Positions 45,202-55,810 of a DNA stretch of 64,000 nt are shown one piece after another. Origin of the DNA: Schizochytrium sp. TIO01 (taxonomy: Eukaryota > Protista > Bigyra: Labyrinthulomycetes); assembly GCA_004764695.1 (NCBI GenBank), contig SMSO01000035.1, positions 1,736,001-1,800,000 on the forward strand. The letters run 5' to 3'. Under the pieces are notes generated by a model. That model searched no databases and had not been told where the DNA came from. It worked only from the letters and a program-made list of their open reading frames with translations. Position 1 is the first letter of the stretch, and each line of letters opens with the position of its first letter. The translations under genes and the position numbers were made by a program.

Positions 45202-45774
45202 ATGGACTCCCTCTTCGCTCAGATCGAAAACCCGGTCGTCAGGGAGCTTTTCTACTTTCTCTCGTCTGATCGCGTGTCACGGGAACTACAAGACTTTTTA
45301 GAGGACCATTGTGACCTTTTCGAAGGCACGCTTGACGACCTCACAGGAGAGCAGGATCTGGAGCGGTATTCAATTTATAAAGAATACACGGCTCTTCTCG
45401 ATGGGCACATGAAAGAGTTTTGCAAAGAACACGGCTATTCTGCGAAAGAAGTATATGAAGAATGCAATCGTGCCTGCGAAAAGCGCGATGACGATGACGA
45501 GAATGGCGAGTCGCTTACCCGGCTCCTCTTGGATATGCTCATTGCAGCTTCTGAGTACCAAGCTTTCGTGGTCAATATGATGACTTTCAAGCGCATCGAA
45601 ATTGTAAAGGCAGAAATTGCCCGCGTGGAGCATGAACAAGCTGAGCGAGAGAAGGGACAACATGGAAAGGGGGAAAGTAAGTTTGCTGACGACTTCGTAG
45701 CTGAGTCTAAGTCATCATATGAGTCTAAGTATGACCGAGGTGCTGCAACACCTAGACAAAAGTCCAAGAAGTAG
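45202..45774 (+). CDS. BART-domain protein (CFAP36/ARL2BP-like)
   Basis: LQDFLEDHCDLF...EQDLERYSIYKEYTALLDGHMKEF...LLDMLIAASEYQAFVVNM matches the ARL2-binding BART domain pattern. Confidence 0.85.
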   Translation: MDSLFAQIENPVVRELFYFLSSDRVSRELQDFLEDHCDLFEGTLDDLTGEQDLERYSIYKEYTALLDGHMKEFCKEHGYSAKEVYEECNRACEKRDDDDENGESLTRLLLDMLIAASEYQAFVVNMMTFKRIEIVKAEIARVEHEQAEREKGQHGKGESKFADDFVAESKSSYESKYDRGAATPRQKSKK

Positions 45775-46214
45775 AGAATCTTGTCTACCTGAATAATTTG
45801 AAAGTACAGGGACTTCAAAGACGAATGATGATATGGCTGTGAAATACTGTAAAGTGGCCATTTCCAGGAAGATCTCTAAGAGACGAGACTGCTGCATCCT
45901 TAAACTGCATCATAGAAACAAAACAACACGGTATCCATAAACATTTTCTCAAAACTTCTCTTGACTCTTCTCTTGCTTAATGGCGGTCAGACTGCGAGGC
46001 TATGTGCAAAGCTTATTTGACAAACTAGAAACATTTGGTGCTACTTTTGATGTCTATCAGTTTAAGGGTACATTTTTTAATAAGAAAGAAGAAACAAAAA
46101 AGAAAAAAGAATGCCAAACATACAAAGGCTATCTACATTTCAAACTACAGCATTGTTCAAAGCACTTACAATTATCATAGGTTACAATACTCAGATGGGG
46201 ACATCAAAACAGCA

Positions 46215-48539
46215 CTACAGCTGCTGTCCATATTCTTGATTTACAATGTCTGCTATTGGTACACAAGAGGGGCGGCCATGGGCACATTGAAAGGGGAATT
46301 TACATCGAGAAAGTTTGCGAATCAATCGCACACACTGCTCGTGCGATAAATCATCTCCAAACTTGATTGCGCCTCGGCATGCCCGATTTACTGCTGCATT
46401 CCGAATAGGGGGAGGAAGGAGCAAATCGATCAAAGAAGGGCTTTCTTTAGCAAACTCCAAAATATCAATGAGACTAGACCCTCCCAATGGAACCCCAAAG
46501 ATAGCTGGAACAGAAGTCAACTCAATCTCGTTTGAGCTCCAAGGGCAGGCACACCAAGTATAACCCCATAACTCCAGTTTTGCACGAATTGATTGCAAAA
46601 GCTCTTGTTGATCTGGCATAAGCCTCACAGCCTCGCGTCTTTCAAGCTCGAACTTTTTCAAATAGGACGATTCTTGACCATCTTTCAGATCATCTTCAAA
46701 TTCTTCCAGACGGATTCTTTCGTCAGCAGCGTGCTGATCAATACAGAACACTTGCGAGTCATTTTGAACGAAAATGAATTTTGCTCCCACTTGGGCAATC
46801 ACCCTACAACTCGCAAGCGCTTCCCTCGTAAGGCTTACCCCTTCAATAACACGCGACGCAGAGAATTCAACATGTGATGCTCGATCTGCTTGCTGGTCAG
46901 TTATACGCCGCCGCTTAATCTGAAACGTGCGCCATGCGTCTTCCTCGCTACTTCCTGTTTGTACAAACGAATTTCCATCATTATCCAAATTAGTAGAAGG
47001 AGGATCCGGAGGGTTGTGACTCTCCTCTGCCTCAGCTCTTTGTCCCTTTTCGTCCATTGATGAGTGATGAGTTTCTGTCGATTTCCATGGTCTCTTACAA
47101 CTCAACGTCTTCTCCGCAGGCTCCTTTTCCATATTTTCATCTGTTAGTGAACGACGATTGCTCGCAATAGCCTCTGTTCGCCTTCGCCTGTCTGAAGGTT
47201 CATCAGCCTGTTGAAAGTAACGGCTGTGGCTTGAGGCGGATGTTGCATGCGAAACAAAACTATCTTGAGAGTTGTCCCCGGCACCAAGTGCATCAAGTTC
47301 TGCACTGGATTCGTCTTCAAATACCCCACGCATCAGCTCTTGAACAGCATCCATAATTCGGGGCCAATCAGCAAATTCAACAATGGCTTTACTTGGTTCC
47401 CACAGAATATCTACCATAGCAGGGTCGCATTGCATCACCAATACGAACGCAGGGAAGTATGGCCCAAATGATGTGTTCAAAGCGCTATCTGTTCGATCAA
47501 AGTAATTTCTGTACAAGCGGTTCATCAACCCCTCGATTCGACGAACTCGTGGCAGGGGACGCCCATTGACAAAGATGAATTGCAGTTGCGCTGATGATTG
47601 CATTTCCTCGATATGAGGTGGAGAAACTAAGGCTTCTAACTCAATCCCGTAGCTCGTTAAAGATCGATCAAGGAGGTTTTGTCCTAAAGTCTCTCCAAAA
47701 AGCTTCCCAAAGAGCTCTCTTGTCGATTGGCCTCCCGGCGATCTCCAGAGCACTGGGGTGTCAAATTCAACGTTGGAGCCTCCTCTTAGCACAAAACTAC
47801 AATGTGGAGATCCTAGTGCATTGCGTTCAAGGAGTCTCCGCACCTGCAGCAAAGTCTCTTTCGTCTGTGTCTGAAGGCGAGCCCTTCTTACGGGCACATC
47901 CTGAAATATCTCTTGGAGACAAACTGTCGTTCCGGGCGTCATACTTTTGGCATGACTGTCCTCTCTGACATCTGAGCTCTTTCCAAGCCTGATAGTTTTG
48001 GTCCACACAGTCATTGGTGATACTGAGCTTATTTTTGCTGCTGTTTGCGACGAGGAATCGAGCTTAGAGGGATTTGATAATGACGAATTCGATGACGAAC
48101 TGACTAAAGACTTCGACAACCTTGACGGTACTCGAGCTCCAGAAAGTTGCCATGGACGTGTCCAGATCTGTACTGATGCCAGGTGCGACAACGCAAAGAT
48201 TGCGTCTCCTCTGAAGCCCCGTGATGCAGCTTCCACGATGCCACATTTGAGCAAGGCCTTGTTATTCTGTGGAGAGAGTTTGCTCGTCGAAAACGATGCC
48301 CCTGCCCAAGCGAGTTCTTCACGGGACATTCCGCAGCCATTGTCGCGAACTGCTATGAATCCCTTCCGAACGTCAACTGTAACCTGGATTGCGTTCGCTT
48401 CTGCGTCAATCGCATTGGAAACGAGCTCTTCCACGGCTTGAGCAAAGCTTGAAACATTTCGCCCTGCGCGGATCTTCTCGCCCACGGAAGTCGCCAAACG
48501 TGCAAGGGGGAGCTCTTCACCATTATTCTTGCGCGCCAT
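46215..48539 (-). CDS. MLH3: MutL homolog 3 mismatch-repair/meiotic crossover endonuclease
   Basis: GHKL ATPase motifs EELVSNAIDA, DNGCGM, TSK and GFRGDA. MLH3-type C-terminus DQHAADERIRLEE, ACRGAIKFGD, FPFQCAHGRP. Confidence 0.92.
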   Translation of the reverse strand: MARKNNGEELPLARLATSVGEKIRAGRNVSSFAQAVEELVSNAIDAEANAIQVTVDVRKGFIAVRDNGCGMSREELAWAGASFSTSKLSPQNNKALLKCGIVEAASRGFRGDAIFALSHLASVQIWTRPWQLSGARVPSRLSKSLVSSSSNSSLSNPSKLDSSSQTAAKISSVSPMTVWTKTIRLGKSSDVREDSHAKSMTPGTTVCLQEIFQDVPVRRARLQTQTKETLLQVRRLLERNALGSPHCSFVLRGGSNVEFDTPVLWRSPGGQSTRELFGKLFGETLGQNLLDRSLTSYGIELEALVSPPHIEEMQSSAQLQFIFVNGRPLPRVRRIEGLMNRLYRNYFDRTDSALNTSFGPYFPAFVLVMQCDPAMVDILWEPSKAIVEFADWPRIMDAVQELMRGVFEDESSAELDALGAGDNSQDSFVSHATSASSHSRYFQQADEPSDRRRRTEAIASNRRSLTDENMEKEPAEKTLSCKRPWKSTETHHSSMDEKGQRAEAEESHNPPDPPSTNLDNDGNSFVQTGSSEEDAWRTFQIKRRRITDQQADRASHVEFSASRVIEGVSLTREALASCRVIAQVGAKFIFVQNDSQVFCIDQHAADERIRLEEFEDDLKDGQESSYLKKFELERREAVRLMPDQQELLQSIRAKLELWGYTWCACPWSSNEIELTSVPAIFGVPLGGSSLIDILEFAKESPSLIDLLLPPPIRNAAVNRACRGAIKFGDDLSHEQCVRLIRKLSRCKFPFQCAHGRPSCVPIADIVNQEYGQQL

Positions 48540-49479
48540 GGAGAAGGGACAGCGCGGTCGCTAGGTAGAGTCCAAGGCTCACAAGCAGTCAGGTAAGATC
48601 GAGTTCGATCCTGAGTTGGACATCTGAGGACAACTTATTGAACGTTGTGGTTCCCAGAATTTTTATTGGCTTCTTTTACATAGGTACCTGCTAGGTGTCT
48701 AACAGATACTGTGTGAGGAGGTGACACCGATCCAGTGGAGGTTCACTGAAATGGAATGTAGACATTCTTGAACTATTTATATGCGCACATGGTTTGGAGT
48801 TGGACGAGAGACGATGGTGCTTAGGTACCTCAAGTTCATAAAATATAAAATTTTCAAAAAGGGTACGAAGTCCCTTTCTTTTAGCGAACTGTCAGAGCAG
48901 CTTCGCTGATTGTTTTTTGTATACGAAACTGGGCAAGAACTTAGCAATGCACAAGAAGACGAAGGACTTCCATGGCACCGGAGTGTGGCACGATGCAACC
49001 TTTGTACATAGCAACCTTGAAAAAGGAGTTCTTTGGTGGTAGAAATATGCTTACGAAGGAAAACAAACGCTTAAGATATTGACTTAATTTGTGTACTTGT
49101 GTTGGTTTTTAGTTATTTTGGTTTACTCTGGATGTCCAGCTTTCGAGAATGAGTATTTGGCCTCTTCAAATGATGGCAATGATGGAGGCTCTTCACAACG
49201 TGGGGTGGAATTGTGTTTCAGAAGATTTGGCGAATAGCTAAGTAATTTCAAATAGGCAGATTCCTGATATAGAAGAACGGATGCCAATTGCGAAGATTCA
49301 ACTACCGTCAAAATGATACATCAGTCAGTCAATCATTCGTGCTGTGGTCAAATGGCTCTTTGAGTAAGAAAAATGCAAGGAGAAAACCGATAAAGGCATA
49401 TTGTGTCAAGTAGATTGTGTATGGGGTCAGAAAATGAGGACTGGGATGGCGCTTTTAGGCAGCCAAATCCATCACTTTA

Positions 49480-50907
49480 TTACTCCCATGCACCCCATCC
49501 TTCCTCATCGTCGTCGTCATCAGACTTGCTAGATTTCTTAGTCTTTGTTTTCTTTTGCTGCTCATCATCAGAAGCATCAAGCTCAGCTTTCTTTTGAGAC
49601 ATTTTCGCAGCCTCGGTAGTATCCTCAATCTCCTTATCATCATCATCATCATCATCATCATCACTGCCATCACTGTCATCTTCGTTCTCATCTTCATCAT
49701 CCTCAGCCTTCTGTGCCTGCGTCACTTTATCCTCGAGATTAGCTGGCTTTTCAACGTCAGCTTTCTCTTGGTCGTCACTTGAGCTGGCATCCGCAGCGTC
49801 TTCATCAGCCATGACAGGCACAGGCTCTGTAGATGCGGAGCTGCTGCCGTCAAGAACACCATCATCAACCTCCCAGCCACCAATGTCAAGATCGTCCTCC
49901 TCGATCTCGGAGGTCTTTCCTACGCTGGCCTTTGTAGATTCCTCGGTGGCATCTGCATGGTCCTCTTTGCTCATTTGCTGCTGTTCCGTGTGCTCGCGGT
50001 TCGCATCTTCAGCCTTAGTTTCCTTGACCTCCTTGAGCTCAGGAGTGATGGAAGGTGCTGGTGACGACCTTCCAGAAGCAGCTTCATATCGAGCACGTTC
50101 ATTGCGTAGTGTCTGATTCTCATTCTCAAGGTCTGCAACACGTGTTTTGAGCTGTTCGATCTGGGTCCGAAGATCTTCAACGGTCTGTTCTGCCAAAGCA
50201 GCACGGGTCTTGGCCTCAGAGAGTGCACTAGCAGGCACCATGTTACCTGCTGCCGACCTCGCCTTAGCTCCAGACTTGCCACGGGCTTTGATTTTGCCAT
50301 CAATGCTGTCTCCATCGTCTTCATCACTCTGACTGACCTTTGTCCTTGATTTAGGTCTCTTCTCGAGCTCATCACCATCATCGCTGTCAGAGCTATTGCT
50401 GTCTTCGCCCTCGTCAATGTCGTCATCCTCTTCTTCCTCATCGCCCCATGAGAGTTCCTCTTCATCCTGCTGACCAATGTCACCTGCGAGAAGTCGAGCC
50501 CTGCGCTGCACGTGCTGAAAGTAGAAGTAACGCAACCAGAAATCTTCATGGGTCATGCGATCTGGGACGTATGCATCATAGAGGTCCAGAAGCGTTTCAC
50601 TGGCTGCCTTGATTTGGTCTTCCCTGGAGGACAACTGGAAGCTCGAGGCAAAGTCCTCGAAACCAGCGAGGTGCTCGCCGCTCTCAAGATCTACCTCCAA
50701 GAAGGTCTCGAAATCAGGAATTTTAGCAAGCTTGAGGGATGCAGATGCTGCGTTGAGAGATGCGTCTTTGTCTTCGCTAGATGCGTCTTGGTTGAGCTGC
50801 GCAAGCTTCTCAGCAGCGGTACTCAACGCATAGGAGGTATCCTCCTTTACGGTGGAGACAAACTCATTCAGCTCGCGCTTGTACTGATCCAGAAGGCCTG
50901 AAAACAT
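49480..50907 (-). CDS. BSD-domain protein (BSDC1/DOS2-like) with coiled coil and acidic tail
   Basis: LYDAYVPDRMTHEDFWLRYFY is the BSD signature, followed by EEELSWGDEEE and a coiled coil; ends in WGAWE. Confidence 0.88.
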   Translation of the reverse strand: MFSGLLDQYKRELNEFVSTVKEDTSYALSTAAEKLAQLNQDASSEDKDASLNAASASLKLAKIPDFETFLEVDLESGEHLAGFEDFASSFQLSSREDQIKAASETLLDLYDAYVPDRMTHEDFWLRYFYFQHVQRRARLLAGDIGQQDEEELSWGDEEEEDDDIDEGEDSNSSDSDDGDELEKRPKSRTKVSQSDEDDGDSIDGKIKARGKSGAKARSAAGNMVPASALSEAKTRAALAEQTVEDLRTQIEQLKTRVADLENENQTLRNERARYEAASGRSSPAPSITPELKEVKETKAEDANREHTEQQQMSKEDHADATEESTKASVGKTSEIEEDDLDIGGWEVDDGVLDGSSSASTEPVPVMADEDAADASSSDDQEKADVEKPANLEDKVTQAQKAEDDEDENEDDSDGSDDDDDDDDDKEIEDTTEAAKMSQKKAELDASDDEQQKKTKTKKSSKSDDDDDEEGWGAWE

Positions 50908-52219
50908 CCTTTCTTGTACGAGGGTTCAGCACACCCGGAAAAGATATGTAAATATGTTCGCAAACTCTAAATGATCTGAAGCCCTTGAGAAATGCTGGCA
51001 CGTGTTTACGATTCAACTCTCTAAAATTCAAACTAGAAATAAAGAACGCGGGTCGATTTTGCATAAATGGCAGAGCAGAGTAAGCTCCTAAGACTTCAGA
51101 ACGTTTACGTTGATGCCTTCAGAAATTTCCACGGTCAGCCCCCTCAAGGCCACGTTTCGTAGCGTCGAGAAGCTGATCTGAGTGGCTTGTTTAGTTGACA
51201 AGTCAATCAGTCAACTCTTCAATTTTTCAATTGGTCAACTTGAATACAGCTTGGCTTGGCGCCAAAGGAGAAGGCGGAGGCGGCGTCCAGGGAAAGACCA
51301 GGGTCCTTGGGCTTGCCTGCGTCTGGCAGCTTCTCGCTGCGTCGCGCCGCCTCGGGCCTGAGCTCTCTTCTCGAGTCTGTTACCGCTCCTTTGGAAAGAC
51401 GCGAGAACTCAGAACTTTTCTTAGTTTTCTCACACCGCGGCGAGGAAACATGTGACTTTACCTATAAATTGTCACGGCACTATGGAGGCGATCCTTCAAA
51501 GAGCGCGTACCTATGTGTGATACGATATTACTAAATTAAAAGTTATCATACAACTTCATAATGAAGCTTCAAGAGGCACCCGAGAGGCCCAGGATTTGCT
51601 GGATTTGGTGCGCTACGGCATAACGTGGCGATTACCACAGTCGGCAATGCACCACGTCGGCATAGCGGATATAAAGAGGATCCAGGCTGGGTTTGGGCGA
51701 GATTAAGGCTTCTGGGAGATGGTAATAATTCGACCGAGGATCCGATCATGGGTAGATCTACCTATGTAATGGTATATGGTTTAGTTCTGCGAGAATACAT
51801 TCTTGGTGTTCTTTTCTGTTATCTAATGCTTAGATGGAAAATTGGCTTGAAAATGGGCTAACATGGCCTAATTTTACTTATCGACTCTTTCCGTCAAATG
51901 CTCGAAAAGACAAAAGTCTATTAGGTACTACTCTCTAGAATCTATGTCCCCTCATTGTAATTTGACCCATACCTGGTCTGTTATTAAATATGTGATCGAA
52001 GCGTTGCTCCTTTCTTCTATTGCTAGGATATGAAATTGATTCGTAAAGTTTCGACCTGAGGTACAGTAAGTATGGGAATCAGCGAAGGAGATATATGACA
52101 AAAAATAGGAGTCGAGTGTTGATTTTAGAAAACTAAGATACAAGAAATCCAAGGCGCTGAGGAGAGATGTTGATACAATTTGACTGGGTGGTTTTTGTTG
52201 GGCAGACAAATCCGGAGGT

Positions 52220-53116
52220 TTATGAAGCCTCAGAGCTGGCATCTGAACCAGATTCGTCATCGTCTGAGCCTTCAGAACCACTCTCGTTTTCACTTTCCTC
52301 GGCATCTCCAGCTACATCTGCATATTTGATCAGATTCTGATTAATGATTCGTTGATGACCGGGCAGGAAAACTCCAATATCCCGGTAATCTGCGGACGTG
52401 ATGCCAGTTTTGGCCCAGAATGAAAGTCTAGTGTATCCTGCTGAAATGAAACCAGCCGTATATTGTGGCAGCTGCACATCATCAGCAAGCCATCTCGTCA
52501 GCTCAGCGATTTCTTCCGGGCTCACTAGATTATGCGCAAGGTTTTCAGCCAAATATGCATGAATTGACTCTGCAACTTTACTATTTAGGGCCCTTTGCGC
52601 TAGAGTCAATGCTGAGTTGCCTTCATCGTCAAGCTCGTTTACAAGCTCTATTGTACCTCTCAATTTCATAAACTCCAAAATAGTCTCTACCACACACCTG
52701 TAGCCTTCTACAGCGGCAAAATGTAGCGCAGTATATCCGTGTTCATCTCGAGCCTGTAAAACAGCACCTCGATTCAAGAGCTCTCGGACTATGGGCTCTG
52801 ACCCCACACAGGCTGCCAAATGTAGGGGCGTATGGCCAAACTGCCTGGTCTTAACTTCGAGGTTTGCTCCAGCGTCCAAGAGAATTCGAACTGTATCATA
52901 TTTACCTGTTGCGCAGGCAGCATGAAGAGCATTCCACCCGTGCTGATGCTCGACCTCCATATCGCAAAGGTCTCCAGAAACTACAGCACCTTGAACGTGC
53001 AGGGCGGTTGGAGACATCGGCGTCGATGGAGCAGGAGACCCCGAGACAGCTGGCGAGGTTACAGCCACGGCAGAGGGTGACATTGAGGCCAATAGGGCTT
53101 GACGCAAAACGTTCAT
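52220..53116 (-). CDS. Ankyrin repeat and SAM domain protein
   Basis: Ankyrin repeats GWNALHAAC, GHTPLHLAA, GYTALHFAA and GNSALTLA. SAM domain WLADDVQLPQYTAGFISAGY...DIGVFLPGHQRII. Confidence 0.9.
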   Translation of the reverse strand: MNVLRQALLASMSPSAVAVTSPAVSGSPAPSTPMSPTALHVQGAVVSGDLCDMEVEHQHGWNALHAACATGKYDTVRILLDAGANLEVKTRQFGHTPLHLAACVGSEPIVRELLNRGAVLQARDEHGYTALHFAAVEGYRCVVETILEFMKLRGTIELVNELDDEGNSALTLAQRALNSKVAESIHAYLAENLAHNLVSPEEIAELTRWLADDVQLPQYTAGFISAGYTRLSFWAKTGITSADYRDIGVFLPGHQRIINQNLIKYADVAGDAEESENESGSEGSDDDESGSDASSEAS

Positions 53117-53699
53117 CGTTCTATACGCAGAAAGTCGCCGCGCTCGGATCTGTCTAACGTCTGTTGATGGGTTGCGCGATGGACAAGACGTTGGCGAGTT
53201 CTTTGATCTTGAACTTCTTTTATTTGGGTCCTATGAGAAACCATAGAAGTCACTTTCGCAATAGGTATTAGTAAAATTACTGAATAGGTTATCTTAAAGA
53301 ATAGTTATAAGCTGAAAGGAGCGAAGAGACCAATGATATTTAAGGACTTGCTATACGCTATGAAAAAGACCGTCATTGTTTCTAAAAACGGGCTTTTAAC
53401 TTCCTGTAAACTAGTTGCCAAAGAATTCGTATATATATGTTACATATTTTTTCATTTGCTTTCGGTTGAGAACGCAGCTAGTTTTCTTCAAGTATGATGC
53501 AGACTTGTGAAGAGAACATTAATATACTATGAGCTTAGACTCTGCCAATTCATGAACGCTGCCTCTAGACACAAATTTCTAATTGTAGTTTTGATCTCTA
53601 GTTTAATTCCATTAACACAGAACAACTTTCCATAAAAAATTAACGAAACACTATTCTAATTCAACTCCACAAACACATACCCCTCCCCGTTAAATACTA

Positions 53700-54875
53700 C
53701 GCATACAGGCTTGGTATTTCCCTCTGAAACTCTGAAATTTTCATAAATGAAGAGAAAAGTGCTCTAATTTCGGTGTGCGTCCATCTTATGTCATTCTTAC
53801 CAAAACAGAATCCAACATAGCGAAACCGGCTGAGAAAGAATTGACCAGTAGCTTGGCTGTTGTCAACACAGCGCCGCACCAAGCTGTTACATAGATCGGA
53901 ACATTAAAGTATCAAATTACGGCGAGGTAGGACGTAGAAAACCACTTATTGAAGCAGATGTGAAGAATCTGATTAGATTTATTTAACTCTGTAGTGCCAA
54001 AAACTAAATCTTTATTGTTCGACATAAGCAATTTGGATAGATGAGATAAATCTCACTGAGTATGGAATGACGAAGCAATCGATGTGATCGCTCGGTAAAC
54101 ATGAACGTATAGTTGTGATACGATCATTTAAAATTGAAGATTGCAAATATATATATTATTCGGATGGATCTACGAGAAACAAGACATCAGGCATTGCTGC
54201 ATACGCTCGCCATAGCCCTGATGATCATATTCGAGCAGAGTTTAAATAAGTAACACGATTTACCTATACTCTCAAGAAGCTTTAGATTTAGAAATTGATA
54301 CGTTTGCATTCATGTACTTGAGGTTCACTAGCCGCAATTCTATATCACAGGATTTCTCAAATCGCAACCTCTCACAAGTGCCTTGAATAATTATACTATC
54401 ATGTCTGAACAACTTCGTGATTTAGGATCTCTTCAAGTTCCAGCCTGTATAATGTTCAGATACACAGGTTCGGGAGACCGCTTTGGTATTGGGGAATTCC
54501 AGGCCTTCAGTCCTGGATCCAAGCCCGGATATTTCTCGTTTCTGATGTTCTAGATTTAGTTCATAGAAGCCAAAAGTCCAGCTAACATGTCACATCCTTT
54601 GGGTTCAGGCTCTGTCCGGGGCAGATGGGCTATCTGTTCGTTGACAACTTTCCATTGCGCCGGAACATGTGTATCGCGACCAACTTTTTCAGAAGAACCA
54701 TGGCATCATAACTCTTGTTTAATTTCTGAAATTATATCAGCGACCTCAGATGCGTGACCCGAGCGCTTTCGAATTTTCAATCATTCCTCTTTCTGTCAAA
54801 ACCGCATCATAGCACGAACTTCGTGGACCTCCCATTCCAAATCAATGTCCGCAGGTGCAATCTGGATGTCCCACT
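53700..54875 (-). pseudogene. Decayed coding relic of unknown family
   Basis: WDIQIAPADIDLEWEVHEVRAMMRF*QKEE*LKIRKRSGHASEVADIISEIKQEL*CHG...; downstream hydrophobic FNVPIYVTAWCGAVLTTAKLLVNSFSAGFAMLDSVLV. Confidence 0.3.
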
Positions 54876-55810
54876 AACTAGTAATTAGAGGTAGGCACTC
54901 CTATTGGCCCTTTTATCTGCTTGTAAAAACCTATATAAATACCAACACAGAATGTTCTTTACCTTTTTTTAATTGTTGGGTACGAATTTACCTGTTAAAA
55001 ATATACAGGATATATACAATTTTATAAATTAAAAACTAAAGTTGATTTTATAATTAAATAAATAAAAAGTAAAGTTCCACAATTTTCAACAAACTTAGTA
55101 TATGCTATGTACTACTTTCCGAACAGATACTGCGGGACTTGATAGATAGCCACAAACCCGTACAATGGAACATATTACGTTGAAACAATATTAAAAAATG
55201 TATGAAACTGCACAGTGAGCTTAGCGGAGGTCCCATGAACAAGTGCGTTGTCCTTGCATTGAGACTCTTTGAGATTAGGTAATATTATTTCTTAAAATCA
55301 ACCGTCACGTTCGTTAAGGATTCTTCTTAGTCGTTAACAAAATAATCCAAAAAATTCTTGTCTGTCACACACCAACAGTCACGGGAACGGGGCTACGGAG
55401 GGTCTCGGGGAAAAAATAAGGATGTCAGTCATGCCGATCTAATAACTATTATATTCTCTGTGTTTTCAATAAAGGACTAAAATATTACGTTTAAAACAAT
55501 TAGTTGTACTATAACCCCCCTTGTCATGCTTTCCACTATCGTGTCCCTTAGTTTCGTTTGTTTATTTCGCCTTTTAAAAAAAAGGCGATAGCTCGATTGC
55601 GAACACAATCGTCTAGCAGGTTTCCTTTCGCTCCCTTTTAGGGATATGTTGTGGAATGCTTGGCAGCAAAAACATAACACGACAGCTCGCGGGATCTGGC
55701 TGGTTAAGTTTATTAGCGTCTGAGGCGCCTTGAGCCTTAGTACAGAGGTTAAAACTAAGCAAAGTGGCGCATTGAATTCAGCAGACAAACAAGTAAATAC
55801 ATAGATTAAC

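Noticed and set aside
48590-48625. GAGTTCGATCCT resembling a tRNA T-loop/B-box
   Set aside because: No acceptor, D or anticodon stems can be folded around it; it lies in the MLH3 upstream region.
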